A stretch of DNA of 64,000 nt from Oscillospiraceae bacterium (GCA_035380125.1 DAOSWV010000013.1:1140-65139); one strand, 5' to 3'; shown: positions 1-9,365, numbered from the stretch's first letter. Notes: generated from the letters alone by a model not told the origin. Numbers and translations are program-made.

Positions 1-2
1 GT

Positions 3-524
3 TTTTTAGCGAATGAAGAACGGACAGATGAAACGATTAAAGCAAAATTAACAAAAGCCGCCACGCTGTTGTATCAATGCGGAATTACCGATTTTGACCC
101 GGAGAATATTGAAAGTGCGGATTCTGATTATCTTGATAAAATGGCCACTTTGGCCATCTATTCGAGATCTGAAGACGGAACCGAAGTAGATGATAAAAAG
201 GGATCCTCCGGTGTCATTTTTGTGGATGACAGAACTTTTTATTACTATTATACAATTTTCTTTGGTGTTGACCCCGATTTTTCAAAAATTACAGGACATT
301 CGCAGCAGCAAAAGGGGATTTGGTATTACCCGAAGGAGTTTTCGGAGGTGCAGACCGAGGTGTTGGCGTTTTCAAGTGACGCCGAGAAAATGGAATATAC
401 TTTAACGTTGCGTTTTACTCCGGAAATCGGAACTCCTATCAAAAAAACATTTTCTTTCATAATGACGGAAGAAGACACTATTGGCGGTGAACAATACAGG
501 ATTACTTTGACGGGGATTTATTAA
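3..524 (+). CDS. hypothetical protein, 5' end outside window
   Basis: The frame is open from nt 3 to the TAA at 522-524. The track start at 69 is a TTG, so the CDS probably begins upstream of the window. No recognisable motif. Confidence 0.45.
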   Translation, partial: FLANEERTDETIKAKLTKAATLLYQCGITDFDPENIESADSDYLDKMATLAIYSRSEDGTEVDDKKGSSGVIFVDDRTFYYYYTIFFGVDPDFSKITGHSQQQKGIWYYPKEFSEVQTEVLAFSSDAEKMEYTLTLRFTPEIGTPIKKTFSFIMTEEDTIGGEQYRITLTGIY

Positions 525-585
525 ACAAAGGGATTTTTCTTAAAGAAAACCACGAATGGCGCCGGAGCATTTTGCTCCGGCATCA

Positions 586-614
586 TTTACAATATGGGAA
601 AATTATGCTATACT
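586..614 (+). promoter_or_regulatory. sigma-A-like promoter for the lipoprotein gene
   Basis: TTTACA (586-591), 17-nt spacer, TATACT (609-614). It follows a hairpin GCCGGAGCA/TGCTCCGGC (561-581) after the upstream CDS. Confidence 0.4.
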
Positions 615-671
615 ACAGGCAAGAGGAATCACTTTTCCAATGTTATAAATTTGCGGAGCAGGGGATATTTG

Positions 672-1718
672 ATGAAAAAAATAGTATGTGTATTGTTGAT
701 GATCATATTTCTGTGCGGATGTGCGACAGCGAATTCAGCAAATTCTACAGAAAATTCTACAAGTTCTGAGAATTCCGCGAGTTCTGAAAATCCTGTAAGT
801 TCTGCAAGTTTTATAAATTCCGCAAGTTCCGAAAGCGCAGAAGAATCCGAATTGATCTATATGAGCTTTGATTCTTTTGGTGGTGAGAGCAGCTACGATG
901 TCGCTGATTTTATAAACAACCCTTGGGACAATCAGTTATATGAGGATATACACGTTGTTTTTCGATTTGAGAAGCAAAACGGGCAATTAATATTAACAGG
1001 CATCTCAAGTGAAGATGGATCTCACAAGCAAGGACAGTTTCTTACCCTCAATGACCCGGACAACTGGGGATGGAAAAAGTTTAGAACAAGCGAGTATTTT
1101 CAACGAGCGATTATATTTCTATGTGATGAAGAAGGTATCAAAGAGTGTTTCCGGGAAAACGGCATTGAGAACATCCAAAAGATGGTCATTTTAGATGGTC
1201 CGAATGTAGAAACAGGTTATATCATTACAGCAATCACCGAAACGCAAGCGTATTTTATGACAGTACCCATATCGAATGAGAAATACGGTGATTATATATT
1301 TCAAAAGGTTTATACACAGGATGAATTTTTGAAAATTTTCAACCCCCGGTCGGCAAAAGTTTTTATCAATGAACAAGAAATAACATTTTTAACGACGCCT
1401 TTATTTGGCTACACATTCCTTGAAATAGATTTGTTTGAATTTTTAGATGCGCTTGATATTCAATATACTTATGACGAGGAGAATAATATAATCAGCTCAA
1501 ACGAAGTAATCTTACAAATTAAAGAATACAGTGATGGTTCATATTGCGTGGATATATTTAAAAACGGCAGTGAGCATGTGGATGGTAAGGGAGGCGCGAG
1601 ATATGAAAATGGGAAATATATCGGAAACTTATTATTTTATGATGAATTATGCCGCGTTTTGGGGTATGATATGGAATTGCACTATGATGATTACAGCGTG
1701 CGGATTGTGAAAAGCTGA
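672..1718 (+). CDS. putative lipoprotein with a Ser/Asn/Glu-rich linker
   Basis: The internal Met at 672 gives MKKIVCVLLMIIFLCGC, a signal peptide plus lipobox Cys. A low-complexity SSEN-type repeat region follows. The track start at 594 lacks signal-peptide logic. Confidence 0.7.
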   Translation: MKKIVCVLLMIIFLCGCATANSANSTENSTSSENSASSENPVSSASFINSASSESAEESELIYMSFDSFGGESSYDVADFINNPWDNQLYEDIHVVFRFEKQNGQLILTGISSEDGSHKQGQFLTLNDPDNWGWKKFRTSEYFQRAIIFLCDEEGIKECFRENGIENIQKMVILDGPNVETGYIITAITETQAYFMTVPISNEKYGDYIFQKVYTQDEFLKIFNPRSAKVFINEQEITFLTTPLFGYTFLEIDLFEFLDALDIQYTYDEENNIISSNEVILQIKEYSDGSYCVDIFKNGSEHVDGKGGARYENGKYIGNLLFYDELCRVLGYDMELHYDDYSVRIVKS

Positions 1719-1735
1719 TCGGCGTTTGAATTTCA

Positions 1736-1764
1736 AGCAGGGCGTTTACCCTGCTGAATTTTTT
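1736..1764 (+). terminator. rho-independent terminator
   Basis: Stem AGCAGGG (1736-1742) / CCCTGCT (1749-1755), followed by GAATTTTTT. Confidence 0.65.
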
Positions 1765-1859
1765 AATAGCGGATTTTAGGTGGGATATGAAACGAGAACC
1801 GCATTTTTCGGAAAAGGAATATTTCTGACCGAAAAAGCGGTGAAACGCGGATAAAGTGA

Positions 1860-1888
1860 TTGACAAGCTTGCGTTATTTGGATATAAT
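1860..1888 (+). promoter_or_regulatory. consensus sigma-A promoter of the rpmH operon
   Basis: TTGACA (1860-1865), exact 17-nt spacer, TATAAT (1883-1888). It lies 50 nt upstream of the rpmH ATG, and a GGAGG RBS sits at 1926-1930. Confidence 0.75.
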
Positions 1889-1937
1889 GTACCCTATGGG
1901 TTTATGCCCGTTCGTTTAACACAAAGGAGGGAAGAGT

Positions 1938-2072
1938 ATGCTTAGGACATACCAGCCGAAAAAACGGCAGCGGCAGAAGGAACACGGTTTCCGCAAGCGC
2001 ATGAGCACAGCCAACGGGAGAAAAGTGCTTGCCCGCCGCAGAGCCAAGGGCAGACACGTCCTGTCCTATTAA
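1938..2072 (+). CDS. rpmH: 50S ribosomal protein L34
   Basis: My own translation is [44 protein letters not shown] (44 aa), the canonical L34 sequence. It falls below the 60-aa cut-off of the ORF track. It sits directly upstream of rnpA, as in most bacteria. Confidence 0.97.
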   Translation: MLRTYQPKKRQRQKEHGFRKRMSTANGRKVLARRRAKGRHVLSY

Positions 2073-2074
2073 AG

Positions 2075-2416
2075 ATGCGGGTCGGTAACGCCGTTGCACT
2101 GCGCAACAACTGGGAGTTTCACCGTGCATACAGACGCGGGAAATGCGTTGCCGGGCCTGTATTGATCTGTTATTGCTTCAAGGGAAAAGGCCGGCGCACC
2201 CGCATCGGGGTCACGGCCGCGAAAAAGATCGGGTCTGCGGTGGAGCGAAACCGCGCACGGCGCGTGATTAAAGAGGCCTACCGCAGCATCTGTCCGCGGA
2301 TTGACGGCGGTTGGGACTTGGTATTCGTCGCCCGTGAGGGCACGGGGAAGAAAAAAAGCCCGGAGATCGCCGCCGTGATGCAGGCACAATTGAAAAAGGC
2401 CGGTGTGCTTGCGTGA
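2075..2416 (+). CDS. rnpA: ribonuclease P protein component
   Basis: A 113-aa basic protein with the motif AVERNRARRVIKEAYR, located just after rpmH. Confidence 0.92.
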   Translation: MRVGNAVALRNNWEFHRAYRRGKCVAGPVLICYCFKGKGRRTRIGVTAAKKIGSAVERNRARRVIKEAYRSICPRIDGGWDLVFVAREGTGKKKSPEIAAVMQAQLKKAGVLA

Positions 2417-2676
2417 GAAAGCTCTTTATCGCGCTGATCCGCAGCTATCAGAAAATTCGTCCGCCTTGGTCGAAAGGGAACTGCAAATACTATCCCACCT
2501 GTTCCAATTACGCCATTGAAGCATATGAGACCTATGGGACCGTCGGCGGCGGTTTGCTTGCGGTATGGCGCATCCTGAGATGCAATCCGTTTTCGAAAGG
2601 CGGAGTCGATCCGGTGCCGAATCGATTTTGGATTTTTCGCAACCGCAAAACAGAAAGCATGAAAGGCAAGAAATGA
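2413..2676 (+). CDS. yidD: membrane protein insertion efficiency factor YidD
   Basis: Motifs YQKIRPP...CKYYPTCSNYAIEA...GGLLAVWRILRCNPFSKGGVDPVP. The GTG start overlaps the rnpA stop. Confidence 0.92.
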   Translation: MRKLFIALIRSYQKIRPPWSKGNCKYYPTCSNYAIEAYETYGTVGGGLLAVWRILRCNPFSKGGVDPVPNRFWIFRNRKTESMKGKK

Positions 2677-2677
2677 G

Positions 2678-4027
2678 ATGGATTTGATAACGGCATTCGG
2701 GACCGCTGTGTCCGGTATAGTGAAAATTGTCGCTGAGGCGGCTGCTGCTTCCAATGCGATGACCTTTTGGGATTACGTCGTTCTCCCACTGGGTGCAATC
2801 TTCAAGTTTTGCTATACGATACTGCCTAACTTCAGCTTAGCGGTGCTGCTGTTCGCAATCATCTTCAAAGCCGTTCTGTTTCCGCTCGACATCAAGCGCC
2901 AGCGCTCTCAAGCCAAAATGGTGCGGTTCCAGCCCAAAATCAACGCTATTCAGAAAAAGTACGCTACCGATAAGCAGCGTCAAAACGAAGAGATTCAAAA
3001 GCTCTATACCGAAGAGGGTTATAATCCGATGGGCGGCTGTCTGCCGTCGCTGCTTCCACTGCCGATCTTTCTCGGACTCTACCGGGTCATCGTGCGGCCG
3101 TTGTCCTTTTTGGCCGGCTCGTTATTCGATATCGGCACTCGTGCGGCTCAGGTGGTAACAGATGTTGCAACATTAAAATCCCATGTGACGATTGCGGGAA
3201 TGACAACCTACAATCAAGAACTTTATCTTTTCCGTTATCTCAAAAGCAATCCTGAATGGTTTACAGGTTCCGGTTTGATTGAACCGGCCTCCCATTTGGA
3301 TATGTCGCTGTTCGGCCTTTTCAAAAATTTTGATCTGAGTTTAGGCGTCGGACAGGAAGGGGCAAGTTGGATTTATTGGGTCTTCCCGATTCTGACCGTC
3401 CTCGCCAGTGTCGCCAGCTCCTATTACATGGGCCAGATCAACAAGCGTAACAACGAGGGTATGTCGGGTGCGAATGCCGCAGCAAGTCCGTTCATGGTGA
3501 TCGGTATGCCGTTACTGACCGGCCTCATTACCTATCGGTTTCCGGCCTGCGTGCTGCTGTACTGGATTTACAACAGTTTGCTGATGCTGGGTTCCACAGT
3601 GATTTTAAACAAGTTCTGGCCGATGAGCAGGATGGTCGCCGAATATGAGGCAAAGCTTGAACAGATGCGGCTGAGCGGAAAGCCGGTTACCAAAACTTCG
3701 CAATTCCGGGACAAACTCGCACAGGCACAAAAAGCTACCGATGAAAAGCAAACCCGGTATAACGATTATGTAGATAAATCAAAATCCCAGAAAAAAGAAC
3801 TGGAGCGCAGATTGATCGCCAAGGCACGCGAAGAGGAGCTCGCCAAGCAGGGTGAGGTGTACGAGGAAAAGATCGATCCCAAAGCGCGGGATTTGATGGA
3901 AAAGCAGATGGAAAAAGACCGTATCAAAGCGGAAAAAGAAAGAGCGAAAGAGACCCCGGCGAATGCAGAAGCACGCGCCGCTTATATCAAAATGATGGAG
4001 AGCAAGAAAAAGAGGGGCAGGAAGTAG
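2678..4027 (+). CDS. yidC: YidC/Oxa1-family membrane protein insertase with a long charged C-terminal tail
   Basis: YidC core motifs (KMVRFQPKINAIQKKY, GYNPMGGCLPSLLPLPIF, multiple TM segments) and a position after rnpA/yidD. Confidence 0.9.
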   Translation: MDLITAFGTAVSGIVKIVAEAAAASNAMTFWDYVVLPLGAIFKFCYTILPNFSLAVLLFAIIFKAVLFPLDIKRQRSQAKMVRFQPKINAIQKKYATDKQRQNEEIQKLYTEEGYNPMGGCLPSLLPLPIFLGLYRVIVRPLSFLAGSLFDIGTRAAQVVTDVATLKSHVTIAGMTTYNQELYLFRYLKSNPEWFTGSGLIEPASHLDMSLFGLFKNFDLSLGVGQEGASWIYWVFPILTVLASVASSYYMGQINKRNNEGMSGANAAASPFMVIGMPLLTGLITYRFPACVLLYWIYNSLLMLGSTVILNKFWPMSRMVAEYEAKLEQMRLSGKPVTKTSQFRDKLAQAQKATDEKQTRYNDYVDKSKSQKKELERRLIAKAREEELAKQGEVYEEKIDPKARDLMEKQMEKDRIKAEKERAKETPANAEARAAYIKMMESKKKRGRK

Positions 4028-4051
4028 CTCGGGAGCTTAGGAGGCATTTTA

Positions 4052-4990
4052 ATGAAAGAGATCACCGCGACGGGCAAGACCGTTGAGGATGCGGTTGCAA
4101 GCGCGCTGAAGCAGCTGGGTGCAACCGAAGATCAAGTTCAGATTGAGATTATTTCACGCGGCAGTAAGGGTGTCTTAGGGATCGGTTCGACCGAGGCACA
4201 GGTCAAAGTCACCTTATTGGGCAAGGAAGATGCAGTGGCTGACGGAGAGCAGTATCTGTGCGAAATCCTGAACGCGATGGGCGTTGACGAGTATGATGTC
4301 GAAATTAAAAGGGATGCGGAGAGCGTCACCTATAATATTACCTCCGACGGCGACGTCGGCTTTGTAATCGGTTATCACGGCGATGTTTTGGATGCGCTGT
4401 CGGCCATCATTTCACTGGCAGTCAACCGCGATGCGGATTACAGGTATCATGTCAACGTCGACTTAAACGGCTATCGTGAAAAGCGGGTTGAGTCACTAAA
4501 GGATTATGCCGCACGCGCAGTCGATAAAGCCAATTCGAGTGGTTATGTCACGGTTGCGAATCCGATGAAACCGTTTGAGCGTATGATTCTGCACACTGTC
4601 GTTCAGGAGAATTCGGACGTGGTGTCGTGGTCGGAGGGCGAAGAACCCCGCCGCCGGGTCATCATTGCGCCTCTTTCCAAGGTGAAGAAGGTCGGTGACA
4701 AATACGAGCGCATCGATAAGCGGGATAATTTCCGTAAGCGCGACGACCGGCGTTCGTCCGGTTATGACCGAAATGACCGCGGTGACCGAAACGACCGGAA
4801 TGATCGCGGAAATCGCGGCGGCGGCAGAGGCGGGAACGACGGACAACGCCCGATCAAGCCCATCAGCACCGGCGATAAGATCACGGTCGGCAGGCCCGTC
4901 AGAAGTGATTTCGCGGGCGGTCTTTATTCTAAGATCGAAGTGGATCATCCGAACACGAGTTCGGCTGCGGACCAAAGCACTGATGAATAA
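4052..4990 (+). CDS. jag: Jag/KhpB-type RNA-binding protein (Jag_N, KH and R3H) with an Arg/Asp/Asn/Gly-rich tail
   Basis: N-terminus MKEITATGKTVEDAVASALKQLG, KH/R3H-like central part, and the conserved position downstream of yidC. Confidence 0.85.
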   Translation: MKEITATGKTVEDAVASALKQLGATEDQVQIEIISRGSKGVLGIGSTEAQVKVTLLGKEDAVADGEQYLCEILNAMGVDEYDVEIKRDAESVTYNITSDGDVGFVIGYHGDVLDALSAIISLAVNRDADYRYHVNVDLNGYREKRVESLKDYAARAVDKANSSGYVTVANPMKPFERMILHTVVQENSDVVSWSEGEEPRRRVIIAPLSKVKKVGDKYERIDKRDNFRKRDDRRSSGYDRNDRGDRNDRNDRGNRGGGRGGNDGQRPIKPISTGDKITVGRPVRSDFAGGLYSKIEVDHPNTSSAADQSTDE

Positions 4991-4995
4991 TTCTG

Positions 4996-5019
4996 CGGCG
5001 GGGTAAACCCCGCCGTTTT
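4996..5019 (+). terminator. rho-independent terminator after jag
   Basis: CGGCGGGG (4996-5003), loop TAAA, CCCCGCCG (5008-5015), then TTTT. Confidence 0.7.
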
Positions 5020-5044
5020 ACTTTTGATTATTTTGGGGGCAATT

Positions 5045-6313
5045 ATGTATAAAATTGATCGGGATAAAATTGCAAAGGCATACGATCTGGCAAGATCGGC
5101 ATTTTTAGCCTACGGCATTGATACAGACGCAGCGATTCAAAAATTCGAGACAATTCCGGTCTCGCTGCACTGCTGGCAGGGCGATGACGTCATGGGATTC
5201 GAGGATCTTGGGAACATCCACAGCGAAAACGTCGTCACCGGTAATTATCCCGGTGCTGCTCGAAACGGAAATGAGCTGCGGCTTGATATCGATACGGCGT
5301 TTTGTATGTCTCCCTGCAAACACCGCGTGAATCTGCACAGCATTTATGCTGAACCGAAAAAGAAGAAGGGGCGGGACGAATACACGGCCGAGGATTTTGA
5401 AACATGGATTTCCTGGGCGGTCGGGAACGGTTACGGGCTCGATTTCAATCCCACGTTTTTTAAGCATCCGATGATGGTGGGCGGATTTTCGCTGTCGTCC
5501 CGTGATAAAAAGGTACGCGATTTTTGGGTTAAAGTCGGTAAGAATTCCAGAGCAATCGCCGAGGCGATGGGGAAAGCTACCGGCACACCCTGCTGGAACA
5601 ACATTTGGATTCCGGACGGATTGAAGGATCAGCCGGCAAACCGGAAATTATACCGTAAACTGCTGGCTGACTCACTGGACCGCATATTTGAGGATAAATA
5701 CGACAGTCAATATGTCGTCGACGTGCTTGAGGGGAAACTCTTCGGCATCGGCACAGAGTGTTTCACGGTCGGCTCGCATGAGTTCTATCTGGGCTATGCG
5801 GCCACACATGGCGTCGGAATTACAATGGATACCGGGCACTATCACCCGACCGAGACTGCAATCGATAAACTCTCCTCGGTGACGCCGTTCGTCAAGAACG
5901 TGATGCTGCATGTCAGCCGCGGCGTACGGTGGGACAGCGATCATGTTTTGATTCAAGGCGACGATTTGAACGGGCTGATGAGCGAGCTGAAGCGCGGAAA
6001 CTATTTCGGTCAGGTCGCTGTCGGGCTGGACTATTTCGACGCTCAGATCAACCGGGTCGCGGCTTGGATTATCGGGATGCGGGCGGCCGGAAAAGCGATG
6101 CTGACGGCGCTGTGCGAACCCGGCCATCTGCTGGAGGAGGCCGAGGCTAACGACGACTTCACAACGAGACTGGCATTGTTTGACGAATTCAAGAACCTGC
6201 CGATCAATCCGGTATGGGATATGCTGTGCGTGCGGCGGGGCGTTCCGGTAGGCGCTGAGTGGATTGAACTGCTTAAAGATTATGAACAGAAGATCTTGTC
6301 CAACAGAAAATGA
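5045..6313 (+). CDS. rhaA: L-rhamnose isomerase
   Basis: Close motif agreement with E. coli RhaA: IPVSLHCWQGDDV.GFE, TGNYPG.ARN..ELR.D, NIWIPDG.KD, GHYHPTE, VRWDSDHV, GLDYFDAQINR.AAW. The start was chosen at MYKIDRD; an alternative start lies at 5024. Confidence 0.9.
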   Translation: MYKIDRDKIAKAYDLARSAFLAYGIDTDAAIQKFETIPVSLHCWQGDDVMGFEDLGNIHSENVVTGNYPGAARNGNELRLDIDTAFCMSPCKHRVNLHSIYAEPKKKKGRDEYTAEDFETWISWAVGNGYGLDFNPTFFKHPMMVGGFSLSSRDKKVRDFWVKVGKNSRAIAEAMGKATGTPCWNNIWIPDGLKDQPANRKLYRKLLADSLDRIFEDKYDSQYVVDVLEGKLFGIGTECFTVGSHEFYLGYAATHGVGITMDTGHYHPTETAIDKLSSVTPFVKNVMLHVSRGVRWDSDHVLIQGDDLNGLMSELKRGNYFGQVAVGLDYFDAQINRVAAWIIGMRAAGKAMLTALCEPGHLLEEAEANDDFTTRLALFDEFKNLPINPVWDMLCVRRGVPVGAEWIELLKDYEQKILSNRK

Positions 6314-6376
6314 TATGGCAGTGAATGATTGGCATATCTGTGGATTGTAAACAATGGGTTTAAGGACACGTAAAGA

Positions 6377-6405
6377 TTGACAAAGCAGAACGGTACGGGT
6401 ATAAT
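6377..6405 (+). promoter_or_regulatory. consensus sigma-A promoter of prs
   Basis: TTGACA (6377-6382), 17-nt spacer, TATAAT (6400-6405). Confidence 0.7.
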
Positions 6406-6465
6406 AAAATCGAAATTAAAGTGTGGAGCGTGGTTGTTGTGAGCAGTGTGACCGAAGATATTTCA

Positions 6466-7560
6466 ATGCCCGTCGGCAAATTGGGGATTATCCCGCTGCA
6501 GGGCTGCAGCGAAATCGCCTCCCGAGCCGACGGTTATATCAAAGAATGGCGTGAAAGCGAACAGAGTTTCCTCGTCAGCGCATGTTGTCCGCGATTCGGT
6601 ACCGGTGAGAGCAAGGGGATGATCAATCAATCGGTACGCGGGGACGACCTTTTTGTTTTGTGCGACATCTTCGATTACGGCACCACCTATAACATGTACG
6701 GCACCAAAACCCGTATGAGTCCCGACGATCATTACGGTGACCTCAAGCGTATCATCGCAGCCGTGGGCGGAAAAGCCCGCCGCATCAGCGTGATTATGCC
6801 GATGCTCTACGGCGGCCGTCAGCATCGCAGAGCTGCCAGAGAGTCGTTGGATTGTGCAATTATGCTGCAGGAACTGCAGAATATCGGCGTCGCCAACATC
6901 ATCACTTTTGACGCCCACGATTCCCGGGTACAAAATGCCGTACCCTTTTGCGGATTCGAGAACATCAAACCGTATTACCAAATGATCAAAGCGATTTACC
7001 GCGCGGTACCCGACATCAAGCTCGACGCCGAACACACGCTCATTGTCTCACCCGACGCAGGCGGAATGGACCGCTGTATGTATTATTCCTCGATTCTGTC
7101 GCTTGATTTGGGTATGTATTATAAACGCAGGGACTATTCCAAAATCGTCAACGGGCGCAACCCCATCATAGCGCATGAATTTTTGGGCAATAATGTGAAC
7201 GGCAAGGACATCATCATCGTCGATGATATGATTTCTTCCGGGGATTCGATTCTTGACATTGCCGAGCATCTCAAAGAAATGGGCGCACAGCGCATTTTCG
7301 TCTTTGCCACGTTCGGGCTGTTCTGCGAAGGGATTTCGCGGTTCGACGAAGCCTATGCCGCCGGGCAGCTTGCAAAAGTCTTTACCACCAATCTCAACTA
7401 TCGGACCGACGAATTGAAGTCGCGGGTTTGGTATGAGGAAGTGGACATGTCCAAGTATATCGCGTTACTCATCGACGCGCTCAACTTTGACCGGTCACTG
7501 AGCGATCTGATCGATCCCGCCGCCCGTATTAAGAAATTACTGGCCAAAAAACGGGTTTGA
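6466..7560 (+). CDS. prs: ribose-phosphate pyrophosphokinase (long form)
   Basis: PRPP-binding loop IIIVDDMISSGDSI. The N-terminal half is Prs-like (ISVIMPMLYGGRQHRR, ITFDAH). The ATG at 6466 (MPVGKLGIIPL) is preferred over the GTG at 6421. Confidence 0.8.
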   Translation: MPVGKLGIIPLQGCSEIASRADGYIKEWRESEQSFLVSACCPRFGTGESKGMINQSVRGDDLFVLCDIFDYGTTYNMYGTKTRMSPDDHYGDLKRIIAAVGGKARRISVIMPMLYGGRQHRRAARESLDCAIMLQELQNIGVANIITFDAHDSRVQNAVPFCGFENIKPYYQMIKAIYRAVPDIKLDAEHTLIVSPDAGGMDRCMYYSSILSLDLGMYYKRRDYSKIVNGRNPIIAHEFLGNNVNGKDIIIVDDMISSGDSILDIAEHLKEMGAQRIFVFATFGLFCEGISRFDEAYAAGQLAKVFTTNLNYRTDELKSRVWYEEVDMSKYIALLIDALNFDRSLSDLIDPAARIKKLLAKKRV

Positions 7561-7670
7561 GTACTTTAAAAAGATCAAATTTTCATCACCGAAATTTACT
7601 TGTATGTTCATAATATTTTGATAAATTAATTCAGAAATCAACCGGCATTCCATTTGAAAGGACAGAGCAT

Positions 7671-9323
7671 ATGGTAAAACGGATATTTGTGATTATCTTG
7701 GTCGCCGTTTTTTTGATCGGCGGCTGTTCTCCGAGCGGTTCCGAGACCTCCGTTCCGAAAATCAACTATGAAGATCTCTCACTTCCGACCGATCTCGAGA
7801 TCGTGGCTCCTGCGTTTTTTTACAACTACGGCGATGACACCTTGACAGTGGACGAACGCAATGAATGGACCGACGCGATGAGTGAACGGTACGGGGTCTA
7901 TATCACGGTAACCGTACCTGTCGATACGACTTATTCGAGTACAATGCAAGAGGCGTATAACCAGAATATTCACGGCGTGGTTAACGTCGGCGGGCTCGAT
8001 GTGGTGCAGTATTTCAAGGACGGCGGGGCAATTTTGCCGCTGGATGATTATCTGGCAGACAATCCCGCATGGCTTTCGCTGCCTGAAGAGATGCGCAATA
8101 TGTATATGATCGACGGTCATATTTGGGCTATTCCGAGCAGCTTTTATTATACGATGAAAACCCGTTCCTTCCGCACCGACTGGCTGGAGCAGCTTGGGCT
8201 TGAGGTTCCGACCGATTTGGACAGCTTAAGAGAATATGCGCTTGCGGTTGCGAATTCTGACATTGAAGGCGCTGCGATCGGCGGCGGAGCGGATCTTTCA
8301 TGGGCTTTGGATATTTTAAACGCGTTTGGCGTGCGCATTGATTCCTCGGGGCAGTTCGGTTATGCTTATGACCCCGAAACAGGCACTTTCATCGACGGGT
8401 TTTTACAGTCGGAGGCGGCTGAAGCGCTGCAATACCTTCGTGAGCTCTATGAAGCCGACGCATTTGATACGAATCTGTGGAACATGACGTCTGAAGACGT
8501 TTGGGAAGCGCTCGACAACGGGGAATATGGCAGTTATTATACCACCGTCGGCGAAGGTAAATACGGCTACGGAATGTATGCCGCAGCAAATGCCATCTAT
8601 GAGCAGACTTCGGAATGGCCTACCACCGATGAAAAGTGGAACGAATTGACCACGCTGTATACCGAGATCACTTCACTGTCGAACAACGGATATGAAGTGC
8701 CGCAGATTCTGTTCCCTACGGGAAGCGCTTTTGTGTTGATCAACGGTACCGCTCAACCTGCTGAGACCGCGAATTTCTTTGTCGATCTGCTGTATGGTTC
8801 GGAACCCAACTATATCGAGGCCTATGTCGGGTTGGAGGACAATATCGTTCGTAATTCCGACGGTTCGATCACACTCAAAATGATGCTCGATGAAGACGCG
8901 TCCGAAGAAGCGGGAGAAGGCGTTTATGTCACACGGCATATGGCCAATTTGGTGGGCATCATTGAAGGCGTATATGATTCCGAAAATCTCGAGATTATCG
9001 GGAGCGACAATGAGAATGTCCGCATTCGTAAGCAGGAATCGGCGGCATACAACAGTCAGACCATGACCACGGCTCTGAATGCCGAGGACGTGCTGAAGCT
9101 GGATCTGCAATATTCATTCCCGGTTTCTCAAACCTTGAATGCCAATGTCAGCGACATTGCCACCGCATTTCACACTTGTTTTGTCAACGCCATCAGCAAT
9201 GAAGATTATACTGTGCAGCAGGCGCTGAGCGAATATGCCATTGCTATGGAACAGTTGGGCGCACAGCAGGTATTGGTTGAAGCCAACGCCGTCATCGGAA
9301 AGACCCCGACACAGAGATATTGA
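7671..9323 (+). CDS. extracellular solute-binding lipoprotein (large sugar-type ABC substrate-binding protein)
   Basis: Signal peptide plus lipobox (VAVFLIGGCS). Size and composition are typical of the ~550-aa family-1 SBPs of Firmicutes. No permease or ATPase gene is adjacent. Confidence 0.65.
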   Translation: MVKRIFVIILVAVFLIGGCSPSGSETSVPKINYEDLSLPTDLEIVAPAFFYNYGDDTLTVDERNEWTDAMSERYGVYITVTVPVDTTYSSTMQEAYNQNIHGVVNVGGLDVVQYFKDGGAILPLDDYLADNPAWLSLPEEMRNMYMIDGHIWAIPSSFYYTMKTRSFRTDWLEQLGLEVPTDLDSLREYALAVANSDIEGAAIGGGADLSWALDILNAFGVRIDSSGQFGYAYDPETGTFIDGFLQSEAAEALQYLRELYEADAFDTNLWNMTSEDVWEALDNGEYGSYYTTVGEGKYGYGMYAAANAIYEQTSEWPTTDEKWNELTTLYTEITSLSNNGYEVPQILFPTGSAFVLINGTAQPAETANFFVDLLYGSEPNYIEAYVGLEDNIVRNSDGSITLKMMLDEDASEEAGEGVYVTRHMANLVGIIEGVYDSENLEIIGSDNENVRIRKQESAAYNSQTMTTALNAEDVLKLDLQYSFPVSQTLNANVSDIATAFHTCFVNAISNEDYTVQQALSEYAIAMEQLGAQQVLVEANAVIGKTPTQRY

Positions 9324-9340
9324 TTGAGGATTTTAAAAAC

Positions 9341-9365
9341 CGGCCTCTCCGTTTCGGAGAGGCCG
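9341..9365. terminator. hairpin terminator after the SBP gene
   Basis: CGGCCTCTCC (9341-9350) / GGAGAGGCCG (9356-9365), a 10-bp GC-rich stem. The downstream U-tract is weak. Confidence 0.5.

Noticed and set aside
1719-1937. Possible oriC or DnaA-box cluster upstream of rpmH.
   Set aside because: Only a degenerate match to TTATCCACA is present (CGCGGATAA near 1845-1855, two mismatches). There is no AT-rich unwinding element or box cluster. The region is explained by a terminator plus the rpmH promoter.
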